Positions 1-12,854 of a DNA stretch of 64,000 nucleotides are shown one piece after another. The stretch comes from the human T2T-CHM13v2.0 reference genome, Homo sapiens. The notes under the pieces were generated by a model. That model was not told where the DNA came from. It worked only from the letters and a program-made list of their open reading frames with translations, and did no database searches. The stretch's first letter is position 1; the number at the start of each line of letters is the position of its first letter. The position numbers and the translations under genes were made by a program. Location of the stretch: assembly GCF_009914755.1 (NCBI RefSeq), contig NC_060927.1; one strand, 5' to 3'.

Positions 1-313
1 AAATGCTAAAGACAATATATAGTATTAATGGAAGTATAATGGTGGAGCATTTCAACCTACTTATGAGGAGTTGGTGGATGTTTCCTAAGGAGGTACACAC
101 TAAGAGTTATTCAGATGACTACATGTATGGGCAATGTTATACTCAGAAGGCATCAGAAGCGAAGGAACAGACAAATCAGGCAACACATACATCTCAGAAA
201 TGGTAGCCATGAAGAGTAAAGCAGAGTGATGGAAGCTAGAGAAAAAGAGATTTGATAATGAGGGGACTGATTGGATTGTTAAGAAACTTATGAGCAACGG
301 GAAGTCATTGGAA

Positions 314-1000
314 GTATATTAATCAACTTTTACTATGTGATGCTGCATGACAACCTCAAAATCTCGATGGCTTACAACAACACATATTTTTTTCTTGCTA
401 CTTTACATGTTGGTGGCTTTTGGTTACATGCAGTGCTTCTTCTCATGGCTGTGAGTTTAGACCTGCTCCACATTCCAGGACGCAAGCTCAAGGACCGGTC
501 TCTAGCATATGTCCTTCTCATGACAGAAGGCAAAGAAGCATAAATACGCAATAAAATTTACAGCTTCTTCTCGGCACATCTGCCAAAACAAGTTGCAGTG
601 TTGGCCTGGCGGGATGGCTCATGACTCTAATACCAACACTTTGGAAGACGGAGGCAAGAGGATCTTTTGACCCCAGGAGTTCAAGACCAGCCTGGCAACA
701 TATTGAGACCCATCTCTCTCCAAAAAAAAAAAAAAATTAGCTGGACATGGTGGTGCATGCCTGTAGTTCCAGATATTTGGGAGGCTGAGAGAGAAAGATA
801 ACTTGAGCCCAAGAGTTCAAGGTTGCAGTGAACTATGATGATGCCACTGCACTCCAGCCTGAATGAAAGAGTGATATCCTGTCTCTATAGGAAAAAACAA
901 AAAAAAACAAAAAAACACAAACCCACAAAAAACAAGCTACAGGTTAAGTCCAACATCAGTGGGGTCGAGCCTGTGGTGTAATTCTTTTTATAGGAGAGAG
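314..1000 (-). mobile_element. MaLR LTR (MLT1-type) relic, split by an Alu
   Basis: Reverse-strand MLT1 terminus pattern (CTCAAAATCTCGATGGCTTACAACAACACATATTTTTTTCTTGC); MLT1-like sequence resumes after the Alu (AAGTCCAACATCAGTGGGG). Confidence 0.55.
603..928 (+). mobile_element. AluJ-type SINE, full length
   Basis: Dimeric Alu with A-rich linker (722-736), J-type features (TTGAGCCCAAGAGTTCAAGGTTGCAGTGAACTATGAT) and A/C-rich tail; degenerate TSD AAAACAAGTTGCAG (585-598) / AAAACAAGCTACAG (929-942). Confidence 0.93.
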
Positions 1001-1639
1001 ATAAAGAAGTGTGAGTGGATTCTGAAATCTATGGATTTCAGAAAATGGCTTTGTGAATTGTAGCTGACACAATTTGAAAGTAAAACATGGAAATCCCTGA
1101 GTCATCATTGACTTTCAATATTTCATCAGGGAAAATGAAGGTCCGAGGTAATGTACATTTTACATTGCAGGCTATCTGTGCTCATCATTCTCAAGGCAAA
1201 TTTGAGAACAAAACATTACATTTCCTTGAGTCTGTACCCTGTAAAATACTTTCACATACTGTCATTGCACATTCAGTTACGCTCAGAAAGAGGTAAAGTT
1301 CACAAAAAGGCAATGCTTTTGTGAGGACTTCTCAGTCATTGGTGTTCATCTGGTCACTGAGTGATCAGCTGCCGCGTTGAATCCCCAGGTGGGAAAGAAA
1401 ATAGCAAGGAGCAGTGGTGTGATTGTTCTCAGTAGGATGTAGAAAATGTCATGACCCTAGGCTAATATTATGAAGAAACGCGTTAGAATCAACACTGTGT
1501 CTCACTAAATCTTTTTCTAAAATGTGTATCTGTTTGTTTCTCTTCCATTTTGCATAATTTCTATTTAAATTCCTAAATAGTGTTCGATTACTTAAAAATG
1601 TTTATTGTTAACAGTCATTTATATTCTATCTTAAAAAGC

Positions 1640-1800
1640 AGCACTATAGTATGGAGAGAAGTGAATTAATTCATGAGAGTTTATGGGCTTTAGAATTTAA
1701 TGAGCCTGGTGTATGTTCTTGCTCTTTCACTAGCTTTCAACACATTCTAAATCTTTTTCTTGAGCTCTCAGTTTCATCATCTGTAAATGGGTAATTTATT
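1640..1800 (+). mobile_element. MIR relic
   Basis: MIR core-like CTCAGTTTCATCATCTGTAAATGGG. Confidence 0.5.
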
Positions 1801-1849
1801 TATGGAACGTCACACAAACTTATAGAGGCACACTTTACCCATGAGGAAC

Positions 1850-2091
1850 GGTATTGCATAAGAGCCTACAGGCAGGTTCTGGAGCCAGACTGACAGGAGC
1901 TGAATCCCACTTCTGCCATTTACTAACTGTGTGCTCTAGGAAAATTTACTCCATCTGTGTCTCAGTTTTTTCATCTGGAAAGTGGGTTTTTCATAGGGCT
2001 TTGTGAAAGAGTGAGTGATTCAATACATGTAAAGTACTTAGAATTGCGCCTGGCATAGAGGAAGGGTTCAGTATATCTTAGCAATTATTAT
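1850..2091 (+). mobile_element. MIR SINE
   Basis: TCTGGAGCCAGACTG...GAATCCCACTTCTGCCATTTACTAACTGTGTG...CTCAGTTTTTTCATCTG...GTAAAGTACTTAGAA...CCTGGCATAG matches the MIR layout. Confidence 0.75.
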
Positions 2092-2476
2092 GAGCAGTTA
2101 AGGATCTTGACTCCAGGTTTTTCAGTTTAGATATACTTACCTGAACTCGGGAAAGATCTTAACTCTAAGGCCCTAAAACATAGATATATTGGTTTGCTAG
2201 CCTATGGAAACCTATTTCAGGTAAAAGTCGAATTAACCATACACAGGCATTACAAATAATATCCACATTTCTAACCCCATGACATAACTAGTTACTCACC
2301 CTGCATAAGTGTCTATTTGTGAGGGCCAACACCTTACTGTGAGGGTCTTAAGTAATCAGAACCATAGGGGCTTGAGAGCTGTGTTCAGCCGTAAAGACCT
2401 CTTCACTGGAAAGGATAATCATTTTAATTGTTGAAGAGACTCTGCCTGTTTAGGACCTTCTTAAAAGAGGGATTTC

Positions 2477-2604
<128 letters not shown>

Positions 2605-3099
2605 GGGATTTCTTTTTTTTTTTCTTCCCTTTCTAAATTTTAATTTTATTATATTCAGTACACCCTCATTGGTGAATAGCCATGCTAGGCAGGCAATGTG
2701 AAAGGAGCGAACACCTCTGTTTGAAATGGGCCTTGGGAAGTAAGAAGTGAGAGAGGCAATTAAATACAAATTCTGCCATCCAGCTTCTTTTGACACTTTT
2801 CATATTTTGTATAGAATCTGCCACACACTGGGAGTTTATTAACTGCATTAAAAGGCCACAAGCTCTTCCATGTAGAACATTTCTATACCTGAGGTATTTG
2901 TCACCATCTGACTACTCCATCTGGCAAAAACAATCCTCTTAAACTCTGTGTCTTTGACTAAGCCATTCATGTTTACATGAAGGAGAGGGCTGGTCATCCA
3001 TACCATCCCATTATGTTAAAAAACTGTTCTTCCTTTTTTTTTCTAGGCTGCTTTCAGGATTTGTTTCCCTCTTTGGCCCATTATAAAAAAAAATGTTGA

Positions 3100-3852
3100 T
3101 TTTTTTTTAATTTCAACTTTTATTTTAGATAAAGGAGGTACATGTCCAGATTTGGTACATGGAAATATTGCATGATGCTGAGGTTTGGAATATAGATCAC
3201 ATTATCCAAGTGGTAAGCATAGTACCCGACAGGTAGTTTATTTTTTAACCCCCGCTCCATTTTCTAGTAGTCCACAGTGTCCATTGTTCCCATATTTATG
3301 TCCATGTGTGCTCCATGTTTAGCTTCCACTTATAGGTAAGAACATGAGGTATTTGGTTTTCTGTTCCTGTGTTAATTGTCTTAGGATTATAGCCTCCAAC
3401 TCCATCCATATTGCTGCGAAGGACATGATTTCATCCTTTTTTATGGCTGCATAATATTCTGTAGTGTATATTTTCCATATTTTCTCAGGTCACTGCAGCC
3501 TTGAACTTCTGGGCTCAAGCAATCCTCCCACCTCAGCCTCCTGAGTAGCTGAGACCACAGGCGTGCACCACCATGCCCAGGTAATTTTTGCATTTTTGGT
3601 AGAGATAGAGTTTTGCTATGTTGCTCAGGCTGCTCTCAAACTCCTGGGCTCAAGCAATCCTCCCGCCTCAGCCTCCCAAAGTACTGGGATTACAGGTGTG
3701 AGCCACCATGCCCAGCCCAATGTTCTATATTTTCTTTATCCAATCTACCATTGATGGGCACCTGGATTGATTCCATGTTTTTGCTATTGTGAATAGTGCA
3801 GCAATGAACATATGAATGCATGTGTCGTTTTGGCAGAATTATTTATTTTTCC
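3100..3852 (-). mobile_element. Old L1PA (L1PA15/16-like) 3' end, interrupted by an Alu
   Basis: Poly-T start followed by TTTTAGAT...GGTACATG...GCATGATGCTGAGGTTTGG, AACATGAGGTATTTGGTTTTCTG and TTGCTATTGTGAATAGTGC, i.e. antisense L1 3'UTR/ORF2 end. Confidence 0.85.
3486..3717 (-). mobile_element. AluJ lacking its 3' end and poly(A)
   Basis: Antisense Alu with J-type CTGGGCTCAAGCAATCCTCC in both arms, ending ...CCATGCCCAGCC; no poly-T on its left side. Confidence 0.9.
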
Positions 3853-4264
3853 CCTTAAAATTCATTTGCCACCTTTATTCCAGAATCACACGTTTCCAAA
3901 TAAATGAGCATATAAAAATACACACTTTTTAGTAAGACTCCAAACACCTGGTTTCAGTCTTGTGATCTCTCAAACTATGAATCAGTATATGCCATCCTGA
4001 AAATTGGAAGATTAAAGAATATGAAGCAGTTTTTAGCCTTAATTTGAGAAATTTTTCATGTTGATTTTATTTCTTTCTTTGAAAATAGAGCAAAAGACCC
4101 GAGTGTAGAGAGTGAATCTGTTTTTGGTTCAAAATACTTGTTGAGTGAAATGATAATTTTGTATCTTTCAGGAGAACCCAACCAGAAAGCTGTTCTGATT
4201 AATTAAGCTTCCTTCTCTAAATAGTTAAAGTGATTGAGTCAGTTCTGGTGGGTTAAAGCCTCTG

Positions 4265-4640
4265 TGTAAGTCAGGATAGGTTAGGCAATGCTGCAATAAC
4301 AAGCAACATCAAAATCTCTGTAGTTTAATATAACAAATGTTTATTTCTTGCTCTTCAAAAAGACCTTCTGAAGGGTTTGGTAAATCCCAGTGCAGCCACC
4401 TTCTATGCAATGGCTCAGTGTTTCAGGATACTTTCATTTGGTGGCAGCTTTATTTCAACACATGCTGACATGTTCACTGTAACAGAGGAAGAATATGTGA
4501 AGAACTGGATTATAATCAAATCTATTGGTTAGAGCTGGTTACATGGCCCTACTTACTGCACAGAGGAGTGGGGAAGTATAACACATTAAGAGAGAGCAGG
4601 AGAACTAGACATATTAGAAAGGTAATATCTGCTACCCATC
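4265..4640 (-). mobile_element. MaLR LTR (old MLT1-type)
   Basis: GTCAGGATAGGTTAGGCAATGCTGCAATAACAAGCAACATCAAAATCTC...TTTATTTCTTGCTC, later CTATTGG...TTACATGGCCC, typical of antisense MLT1J/K-like LTRs. Confidence 0.65.
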
Positions 4641-5254
4641 CCCACTTATGCCAAGGACTTAGGCAGAAGTAATCTAATAAGAGATAATTCACCTTTTGCT
4701 ATTGCTATCTTGGGCAAATACACCCAGAGAAAGCTTGCTGTGCAATGGTGGACAAGAGTGGAACAAGAGTACTAGTAGGTCTGAGCTGTGCTACAGACTA
4801 AAGCTATTTCAATATTATAGCCATTGCGTTAGGGGGTCACTCAGAGACCCAGCCCTACTTGTCCAACACCATTGACATGAGAGAGAAGGAGCCATTACCA
4901 TCAAGTCTGCCTTAAGCCATGTCCAGCCTACTAGACCCTCTGGTCTCCACTTGGGGCTGGGGCTTTGGCATGTTATTGGAAGGAGGGTTGGCTGGCCCTA
5001 TTTCTCTCTTCTCTCCTTTGACCATAAACCTACTGAGTATTGTCTTTTTGATTGTATGTATTGTATTACAGAAAGCTGAATTCAGTTGAACCTCACAGAA
5101 TGGCTGGGAAACAATAAAGTATGTTGTAAATTATTAGAATTAACTCCCCAACAGTCAGTCTTGGCCTCAATCCTATTTGGATTACAAAGAAGTACTAAAA
5201 GGTGCAAATCTTTTACCTTTCAATTACAGCTATAAAGCATTAAGACATGTTTTC

Positions 5255-6700
5255 ACTAGTTTCATTATTGATGGGGATACAAAGATGAACTTGGTAGAGT
5301 CTGTTCCCTTAATATGACCACAGTGAAGGGCAGAAGCAGGTACTCTCAGTACACATAATTAGTACAAACAGAGGACAAGTTCAAAATCCTGAGCTGGTGA
5401 GAAAGGCTGAATTATTAACTGGAGGGAGGAGGTGGGAGTAGAATCAGGGAAGACTTCACAGTAAGGAATGATTGGATCTGAGTGTTGAAGGGCAAGTAGA
5501 ATTTTAAGCACGGAGGCCTGAGAATCAGGCTGGTCTTCCCATGAAAGACACTTCTCTCAGGTGTCAGAACCAGCAACTAATTTGTTTTTGTCTTGTAGAA
5601 ATAATGAAGCTCATACCTTATTAGGTTTTCTTCTTTATCTTTGCTTGGAGGAAGTGCAGATGCAAATGTGGGTCTGCACATGTACAAACAACTGTACATG
5701 TTTTAATGGCATGAATTTTTACCTCTGGTTTATTTTTTTTTTCTTACCATCTCTCTCTCCACCTGTTTCTTTTAGATCCTCTTGTATATTTCTCTACAAG
5801 TTAGTTACCTCCAAACCCTTTTTAAACAAACATCAAAAGAAAGAATAACATGGTATTTTGTAGAATTCTGCATGGTTTGCTGTTTTTGGAAGGGAGGGTG
5901 AAAAAGGAAGAGGCACGATATTTCATTCATCAGCATATCATGGGGGATGGATTGGAGAATGTGAGGCTAGAGCCTGGGAAGAGAGTTAGGAGTCTTTGTC
6001 ATTTGTAGAGATAATAAAGACTTGTATCAAGACTGCAGCTCTGGCAGTGTAAAGAGAGAATTAGATTCAAGATATAGTTTGAAGACATACTGTGCAAGAC
6101 ATGAGAATGGCTTAAATATCAAGAATAACTTCCAGATTTATGGCTTGAGTTACTGGGTAGGTGATAGGGCCATTTACTAAAATAGAGAACAGAATAAGGG
6201 GGAAAATACAGTTCTGAAAGAAATTCATTTGGAAATATTCAGCTTGCAATTTCCATGGGAAACCAAATGGTGAGTTTGTAGCACAGCTGAAGAACAGACC
6301 AAAAGCCAAAGGAGTTGAGGATGCTGTTCAGATCAGAGTTGAGGTGAAGATAGATCATCAAGTTCAGGTTCAGAAAGGAAGGATGCAAAGTGAAAAGGGG
6401 CTGAGAGCAGAGAGACTAAGAGAAAATTGTGGAATTCAAGAGATAAAATTGTATTTGGTGTAAATGGAGAAATAGTTGAGAAAGAAGGATGGAACGCTGT
6501 GGTCAGACTATGCAATTTAAGAACATTACAGTTGGTCCAGGATGTGGCCCTAGAAAAGAGTTGCTCATGGAGATTGCAGGTGATGATTATTGTGGTAAAA
6601 GAGGTTAAAGGTAAAAATGGGGGTAGGGTGACTTGATTTGAAGAAAAGATTGCTATGTATGTATTGAGCACGTGAGAATGATCTACAGGGTATTGGTAGC
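5255..6700 (-). mobile_element. L2 LINE relics (fragmented)
   Basis: Purine-rich antisense L2-like blocks (GGGGATACAAAGATGAAC; GGATTGGAGAATGTGAGGCTAGAG; TCCAGATTTATGGCTTGAGTTACTGGGTAGG...CCATTTACT). Confidence 0.55.
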
Positions 6701-6914
6701 TGGAGGTATGCACAGGTAAAGTGCGTTATATCCAGGTGTCAAGAGATTCAAGTGAGAAGATTTCATAGGTATATAATGGCAAAGGATTCAGTATCAGAAG
6801 TGGGGTTAGAAGTTTGCAAAGCCCCTTTTCAATTAAAGCTGCATAAAATAGGTGGAACTCCACCATTTTAGATAATGAAGAATGATGGGAATGATTCTTC
6901 TTGCCTGGATGCTT

Positions 6915-7032
6915 CACAAAACTGGTATGTAGATAAATGAGATAAGATATATGAAAACGTGAGGCTGGAGCACAAAGCTGGTATGTAGATAAATGAGATA
7001 AGATATATGAAAATGTGAGGCTGGAGCACAAA
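6915..7032 (+). repeat. 56-bp tandem duplication within a MIR-like 3' segment
   Basis: 6922-6976 and 6978-7032 are identical except one C/T at a CpG; CACAAA occurs at 6915, 6971 and 7027. Confidence 0.95.
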
Positions 7033-7629
7033 TGTGGAAGGTATTGATGACATTGAACTAAAATTAAATCCCCCACATTGATTACCCTTCTCACTCATAG
7101 TTGGCTGATTGGGCCTTGAAATTGTTTCACAACTCCAATCATGACCAGAATGAACACTCGTTGCCAGGTAACCCCAGGAATCATAGCAGTGTGCCAGGCT
7201 GTTCATGATGCATCAGTATAAACATAGACCACTAACTGAATATGTGGTTATTGAGTAAAAATAATAATAAAATTTACATGGATATATGAGAGAAAATAAT
7301 TTAAAATTTCACTTTTGTGTTTAAAGTAAAGCAAGACTTTATAGATATTTCAAGATTGATGTGGATACTTTGGACTACCCCACCATATTTTTGGGGATTA
7401 TACTTTCTCTTCTCACTGACTGCCAGCATACCAACTAGTGGAAAGGTGTGAACATTCATATTCACATACTGCAGATGCTGAAGGCAATGCCAAGAGACAA
7501 TGCCAAAAGTTGTTCAATGAAAGAACTGATGATATAAATGAACTTCTTGAAGTACTGATATTGAAATGTCCAGTAATAATTTGGAAGTGTGTCTGGGAAG
7601 TTTGTGGAAGACATCAGTAACATTTCTGC

Positions 7630-8020
7630 ACATACCCATTAGAAACAACTGAAAGGTCTGATAATAGCAGGGTAACTAAACAAAATTATAACTCATCTTT
7701 ATAATGGAACCTTATTAAAATGATGATGTAGACATATATTCAATTATATGGAAGCAAAATACATTAATTTTTAAAAGGTTGCTACAAAAGAGTATTTCAT
7801 ATGAATCTAGTAATTATTGACATAACATATTATATGTCATATTCATGAGAAAAAATCAGGAAGTATATATATATAAAGATATATTTGGTTGTTTGTGACT
7901 GGTACAATTTTTTTGTGTAATTTAATTATGTTTCTTTTTGTTCATCCGTATTTTCTAATTTATCTACAATAAGCGCATATCACTTGTGTGCTTAGAATAA
8001 TAACAAAGAGAAAATAAATA
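7630..8020 (+). mobile_element. Ancient L1M (L1ME-like) 3' end
   Basis: Degenerate L1M 3'UTR motifs (ATAATGGAAC..., GTATTTTCTAATTTATCTACAATAAGCGCATATCACTT) ending in an A-rich tail. Confidence 0.5.
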
Positions 8021-9819
8021 GAATATCTATGATGAACTCACCATAGCATTGAGTTCCTGAAAGTCATTTCAGGAAAAATGGACGTTTACTTATAGTAGGT
8101 GAGTTAAATCAGCCATTTTTCTGTACCCACTGTCTCATAATCCTATCTGTGAAACTGCCCAGCCAGCTTTCGGATGGTTTTTGGCCCTATAGGTATGCTA
8201 TTCCCTATTGACCACATTCTTACCATGCACTGCAAAATAGACTAGGCTATAATACCCACTAACCTTTGAACGTCATGGATAGCTTCCTGTTATCTAATGC
8301 AAATTTGGCTTTATGTTCATATGCTATTATTATTATTTTGCTCTGCTTCTGCTTTGAGTCTTGAGGGGAAGTTTCCAAGCAGCTTTGGAAAGAGAAGCTG
8401 CTGTCATTTGTGAATGCAGTTAATTAGAATAACATTTGCTTTTAAGTATTCAATATTTGGCACGGTTATCAGACCTAAAGGTTATGTTGTTCTATCAGAT
8501 AAGCTGGGTTCCAAGGGATGTCTGTTGTCTCCCCAGACTGGTGCTGACTAAATATAGGAATCCAAGGTGGATGAGAATAATTGCCTTAGATATTAAATCT
8601 CCACATTATAATAATGAAGCTTATTTAAGTCTTTCATGGCATTATTGACTGATGGATTTCCTTTGTATGGACAATTCATTACTCAAAAAATTTCTTGGAA
8701 AGTGCAGGAAGTAGAGGTCGATTCCTTTGAGCACACTGGGAGCTACCATAAGTCAAGGTAGTTGCTTTAGAGGGGAAGTTAGCCCAGTTGGTTGGGCAAA
8801 GGCTATTTGATTTCTGTCAGGGCCTGGTATGCAGTCCAAAGTGGCTGGCAAATTAAACTCTCCAATTAAAGGAAATATCCTCCATAGAGAGCACAAACCC
8901 CACCCCTACTCCCCATGCTAACAATCAACTGAATCTGTCAAACTGAATTCCTCAAAACGTATTTGTCTATTATGGGAAATAACCTCTCTCCTCTTTTTAA
9001 GGACTTGCAGATGTACAGTGGCCAAGGTTATGTCTTACTTTGTGTCCTGCATCAGGTGGAAATAGGGTGAGAAGCTATTGTTTTACTCATTAATATAATC
9101 ATCCAGTTTAGACAGGGGGACGAGGTGGGTTGGGAAGAATGTGCATTTTTGACGGGGGCTTGGGAGAGAGGCATGAGGACATCAGTGTCAGAAAAATGCC
9201 TTCTGCCTCAGGCTGAATTTCTAAGTTATTTTCTCCCCCTGAGAAACTAACATGTATTGATAGTTTCATTTGGAGACTGTAGTTCATTGTAAGAGATGAA
9301 AGATGCATGAATAAGAACAGTGATAATGTTCAATGGAGCTCAGGCTCATGAATAGTTTTGAAAGAAAACCCTGGTTGCTTTGACAGCTTCATTCATCATG
9401 TCTGGAGGAGGAATTGTTGTGTTCTGGGTGACTTCTGCTTCAGATCTGTGGCTTAAGGAAACTGTTTCTCCTTTTCTTATGAATTCCTTTTCCTCAGTTC
9501 CTAGCCTGGTTAGGGGTTGAGAGAAAGCCTAAAAGCAAACTACTTGTTGCTTGAGAATTTGTTTTTAGTCCCTTTAACTATGTCAGAATTTCTGAGGCCA
9601 AAGATGCCACATTTGAATGGCCTTGAACTTGGCCAGTCCCACATTTGTTAAATCGAGCTTCTATTCTTCACTGCAGGCCTTTCCCTGCAGGTTGGAGGTT
9701 TGAAAGTTTGATATCTGTTTTATTCAGTAAAACATTTATTGAGGCTGGTATATCCTGAAGATGGTAGGAAATTATCCAAATCTTGGTCTCCGCCAACCCC
9801 AAAGAAGTAGGTACAGGCT

Positions 9820-9980
9820 GATTAGCCCTGCATCCCAAATTCCAGAGTCCCTTCTGCTGCATTCTATTGATTAAAGCAAGTCAACAGGCTCAGCATAAAT
9901 TCAAATGAAAGGGATTGCACAAGACCGTTAATACTAAGAAGCATATTTTATTGGGGCCATCACTGTGACTGAAACCACAG
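9820..9980 (-). mobile_element. MLT1 LTR fragment
   Basis: CTTCTGCTGCATTCTATTGATTAAAGCAAGTCA...GGCTCAG...TTCAA...GGGATTGCACAAG...TTGGGGCCATC. Confidence 0.55.
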
Positions 9981-10907
9981 TTACTGTTGTCACTATGGAG
10001 CATGTGCCATTCTTACTGGGCAGAATATTCATGCTAGGCCACCAGGCAGCTTATAGGCAATTGCCTATCTCTTAGGCAGCAATCTGACTCTGGATTCATC
10101 CACTGTGGCAAAGGTGGTTGGGGTCACCACCATAAAATCTACATTAAGCATGAAAACCTACACATAAGGCAATCCTCTTGGCAGCTTTTTTCTTTTTTTC
10201 TTTCTTTATTTTTTTCCAGATAGGTATTGTTGGCATAGCAGGTATTCAGCATTTCATGAAATTCCTTAATGATGACAATGAGTCTGACCTAAGAGAATAT
10301 TTAGATTCTGTTTTACCAGGATTCAGAGGTAATTGACTGCTGCAGATTTTTTTTTTCATGTGGCCAGAATTTTTATTGTGGCAATAACTATAGTTATTGC
10401 TGCTGGTTTTCACTGCTTCAGGGCATCAGCAGGAAGGAAATATTGGCAGGACCTCAGAATCCTCCTCCTATGACTTTTTCTAATTCAGATCAGTTTATTG
10501 ACACATATAGCTGAAGTGATTCATATTAACAAGCCAACTGGTAACAAGGTAACTTAATTTGGCGGGGACTTGAGGTCATACTTACATACACTCTAGAGCA
10601 GTATTCTCAGTATTTTTTTCCATGGTTGTTTAGGTTAAGTATTACCTATATTCCTGCTATAGAATTCCCAGTACGCTGATTGTGGCTCCACCTCTTTCTC
10701 CCAGAGGAAGCCATATTAGAATGAAAATATGAGAGAGTAAGATTAGAAAAGGAACAACCCCTCTTTGATTTATACGTTATATTTTTTCAAACAGATTGTT
10801 GCTAACCTCTGCACTACAACTATTGCTACAGGCAAAACAGTGTACCAGTTGAGAGGATGGACTTGAGTCAATTCTCCTGCATTCGATTGTATTTCAATCA
10901 TTTAAAA

Positions 10908-11055
10908 TGGTGCTTTTCAAGCTTCAGTGTGCATAGAAATCACCAGGGAACGTTGTTAAGCTGCAGAGACATACCTGGCAGTTCTAGGGCAAGGCCTGAA
11001 AATCTGCACAGAGGATGCTGATGATGCTGGTCTAAGAATCAGACTGAGATTAACT
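10908..11055 (-). mobile_element. MER5-type hAT-Charlie MITE (degenerate)
   Basis: GTGCATAGAAATCACCAGGGAACGTTGTTAA...GATGCTGATGATGCTGGTC. Confidence 0.6.
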
Positions 11056-11057
11056 AA

Positions 11058-11460
11058 ATTTATTTAACAAACTGTGTTGAACTCTAAATATGATTGTCTG
11101 GAGAACTTGGGATATACGAGTGGAAAAATAAGGAGGAAAGAACAAAGAAAAAAACCAATTACTGCTTTTAGGGTACTTCTATTTCAGCAGGAGAAACAAT
11201 CAATAAAGTGTAAGATAATAAATAAATACGCTATGCTAGGAGGTGTTAAATGCTACGGGGAAAAAAAAGTAAAGCAAAAGTAGGTTGTCAGGGCTAGTTT
11301 TTCTTTCACACTAGCCTGTCCCCACACAATATTTTGTTCTTTATTCATTTGAGAAATAAATACTGAGGACCTCGCATGTGCTAGGGACTACCTTAGTTAC
11401 TGGGAATAAAAGAGGTCACTGAAGGAAAGTGGTCTCCACCCTCACAGAGCTCAAACGTCT
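11058..11460 (-). mobile_element. L2 3'-end relics
   Basis: Two antisense L2 tails (TATTTAACAAAC...; TTCATTTGAGAAATAAATACTGAGGACC...GGTCTCCACCCTCACAGAGCTCA). Confidence 0.55.
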
Positions 11461-11530
11461 CCTATCCATCACCAGTCTGACACTACACTGATCATAAATA
11501 AGTCCTTCTATACATAATGTCCTTGCATGC

Positions 11531-12004
11531 CATGGTAGGCAGCGTCTCAGATGGCCCCTAATCATCCCTGCCTCCTGGTATGTTATTCCCTCCTCTTGAG
11601 TGTGGGCTGGATCTAGTGTCTTACTCGTAAAGAATGGAATATGGCAAAACTAATGGAATGTCACTTGGAGATTAGGTTATAAAAGACTGTAACCTCTGTC
11701 TTGCTAACCGTCTCCGGCTCTCTTATTTCCGGTGAGAGCCACATAGCCAATAGCCTATAAGGATCTGAATCCTGCCAACCACCACATGAATGAGATTAAA
11801 AGTGAGTCTTCCCCTGGTGGAACCTTGAGATGACTATGGCTTCTGCGACATGTTGATTACCCATTTGTAGGAGACCCTGAGTCACAGAACCCAGTTCTGC
11901 CTGGAGTCTTGACCCACAGCAACTGTGAGATAATATATGTTTGTTGTTTTAAGCCATGACGTTTTAGAGTAACTTGTTACACAGAAATAGATAATGAATA
12001 TACA
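11531..12004 (+). mobile_element. MaLR solo LTR, MLT1F-like
   Basis: GGTAGGCAG...AGATGGCCCC...CCCTGCCTCCTGGTA...CTTGAGTGTGGGCTGGA; ends GACCCACAGCAACTGTGAGATAAT...TTGTTGTTTTAAGCC...TTGTTACACAGAAATAGATAATGAATATACA. Confidence 0.85.
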
Positions 12005-12034
12005 TGTTTTCACACACATGCTGCCTCCTCCTTT

Positions 12035-12790
12035 TACTCATTCAACAAACATTTATTGAGGATCTACTAAAAGCTAGATTCTTTGCTAAGTGCTGGGAAA
12101 CAATGGAAACAAAACACATGTAGTTCTAGCCTGATATCCTGGTGGGGGAGGTCAACTTAAACATGTTAACTTATAATTTAAAAATCAATATAAATATAAT
12201 TTACAATCTTACAAACTGCATTAGGTGCTTGGGAAGAAACTGAAGGTGGGGCTGAGGTTTGAAAATTACAGTAATAATGGTGGAGGTAAAGGAAATGGAA
12301 AGTCTGCTGTTGAGATGGAGCTGGAGGTGACCTCTTGAGGTAGAGACTTAAGCAACGTCTGGATGGATGGAAAGCAGACAACCATGTAGAGAATGAGAGA
12401 GCAAGCAACTTATGCTAAAGTTCTCAAGCAGGAATGAGCAAGATGTTTCAGACCCCGGGGTATGGGCTGTGTGAGAAAAGTAGTACTAGAGTACCAGAAA
12501 GAGAGGCAAGGGCTAAATCATGCAAGGTTTTATAATCCATGGAAGAGAGTTATGATGTTGTCCTGACTGCACTGGAAATGCCTTTGAAAAGTTTTCCAGC
12601 AGAACAACCACATAGTAAAATGTATACTTTGAAGAGTTATCCATGCTGCCATGTGAGGAATGGATTAAATGGGACAAATATGGGTATGGGGAGATCATTA
12701 GGGGCTGTTTTGACAGTCTAAACTAAAGATGATGGTGAAATGTGCTAGGCTACTGAAAGTAGAGGTGAAAGGCAGTGGATGTGTCTAACA
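12035..12790 (-). mobile_element. L2 LINE 3' portion
   Basis: CATTCAACAAACATTTATTGAG...CTAAGTGCTGGG antisense L2 tail followed by purine-rich L2 body. Confidence 0.75.
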
Positions 12791-12854
12791 TAAACCCTTT
12801 CCAACTTGTGCTCCCACCCACCAGGCCAGACTAATAGTTACTTAAGAATCATTT

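Noticed and set aside
4770-5100. Possible additional old LTR
   Set aside because: LTR-like ending (...ATAAAC...GAACCTCACA) but no family match I can defend.
6915-7032. CRISPR-like or other repeat-spacer array
   Set aside because: Only two abutting copies with no spacers, in eukaryotic context with no cas-like ORFs; the other short direct repeats (31904-32000, 52213-52253) also have just two units.
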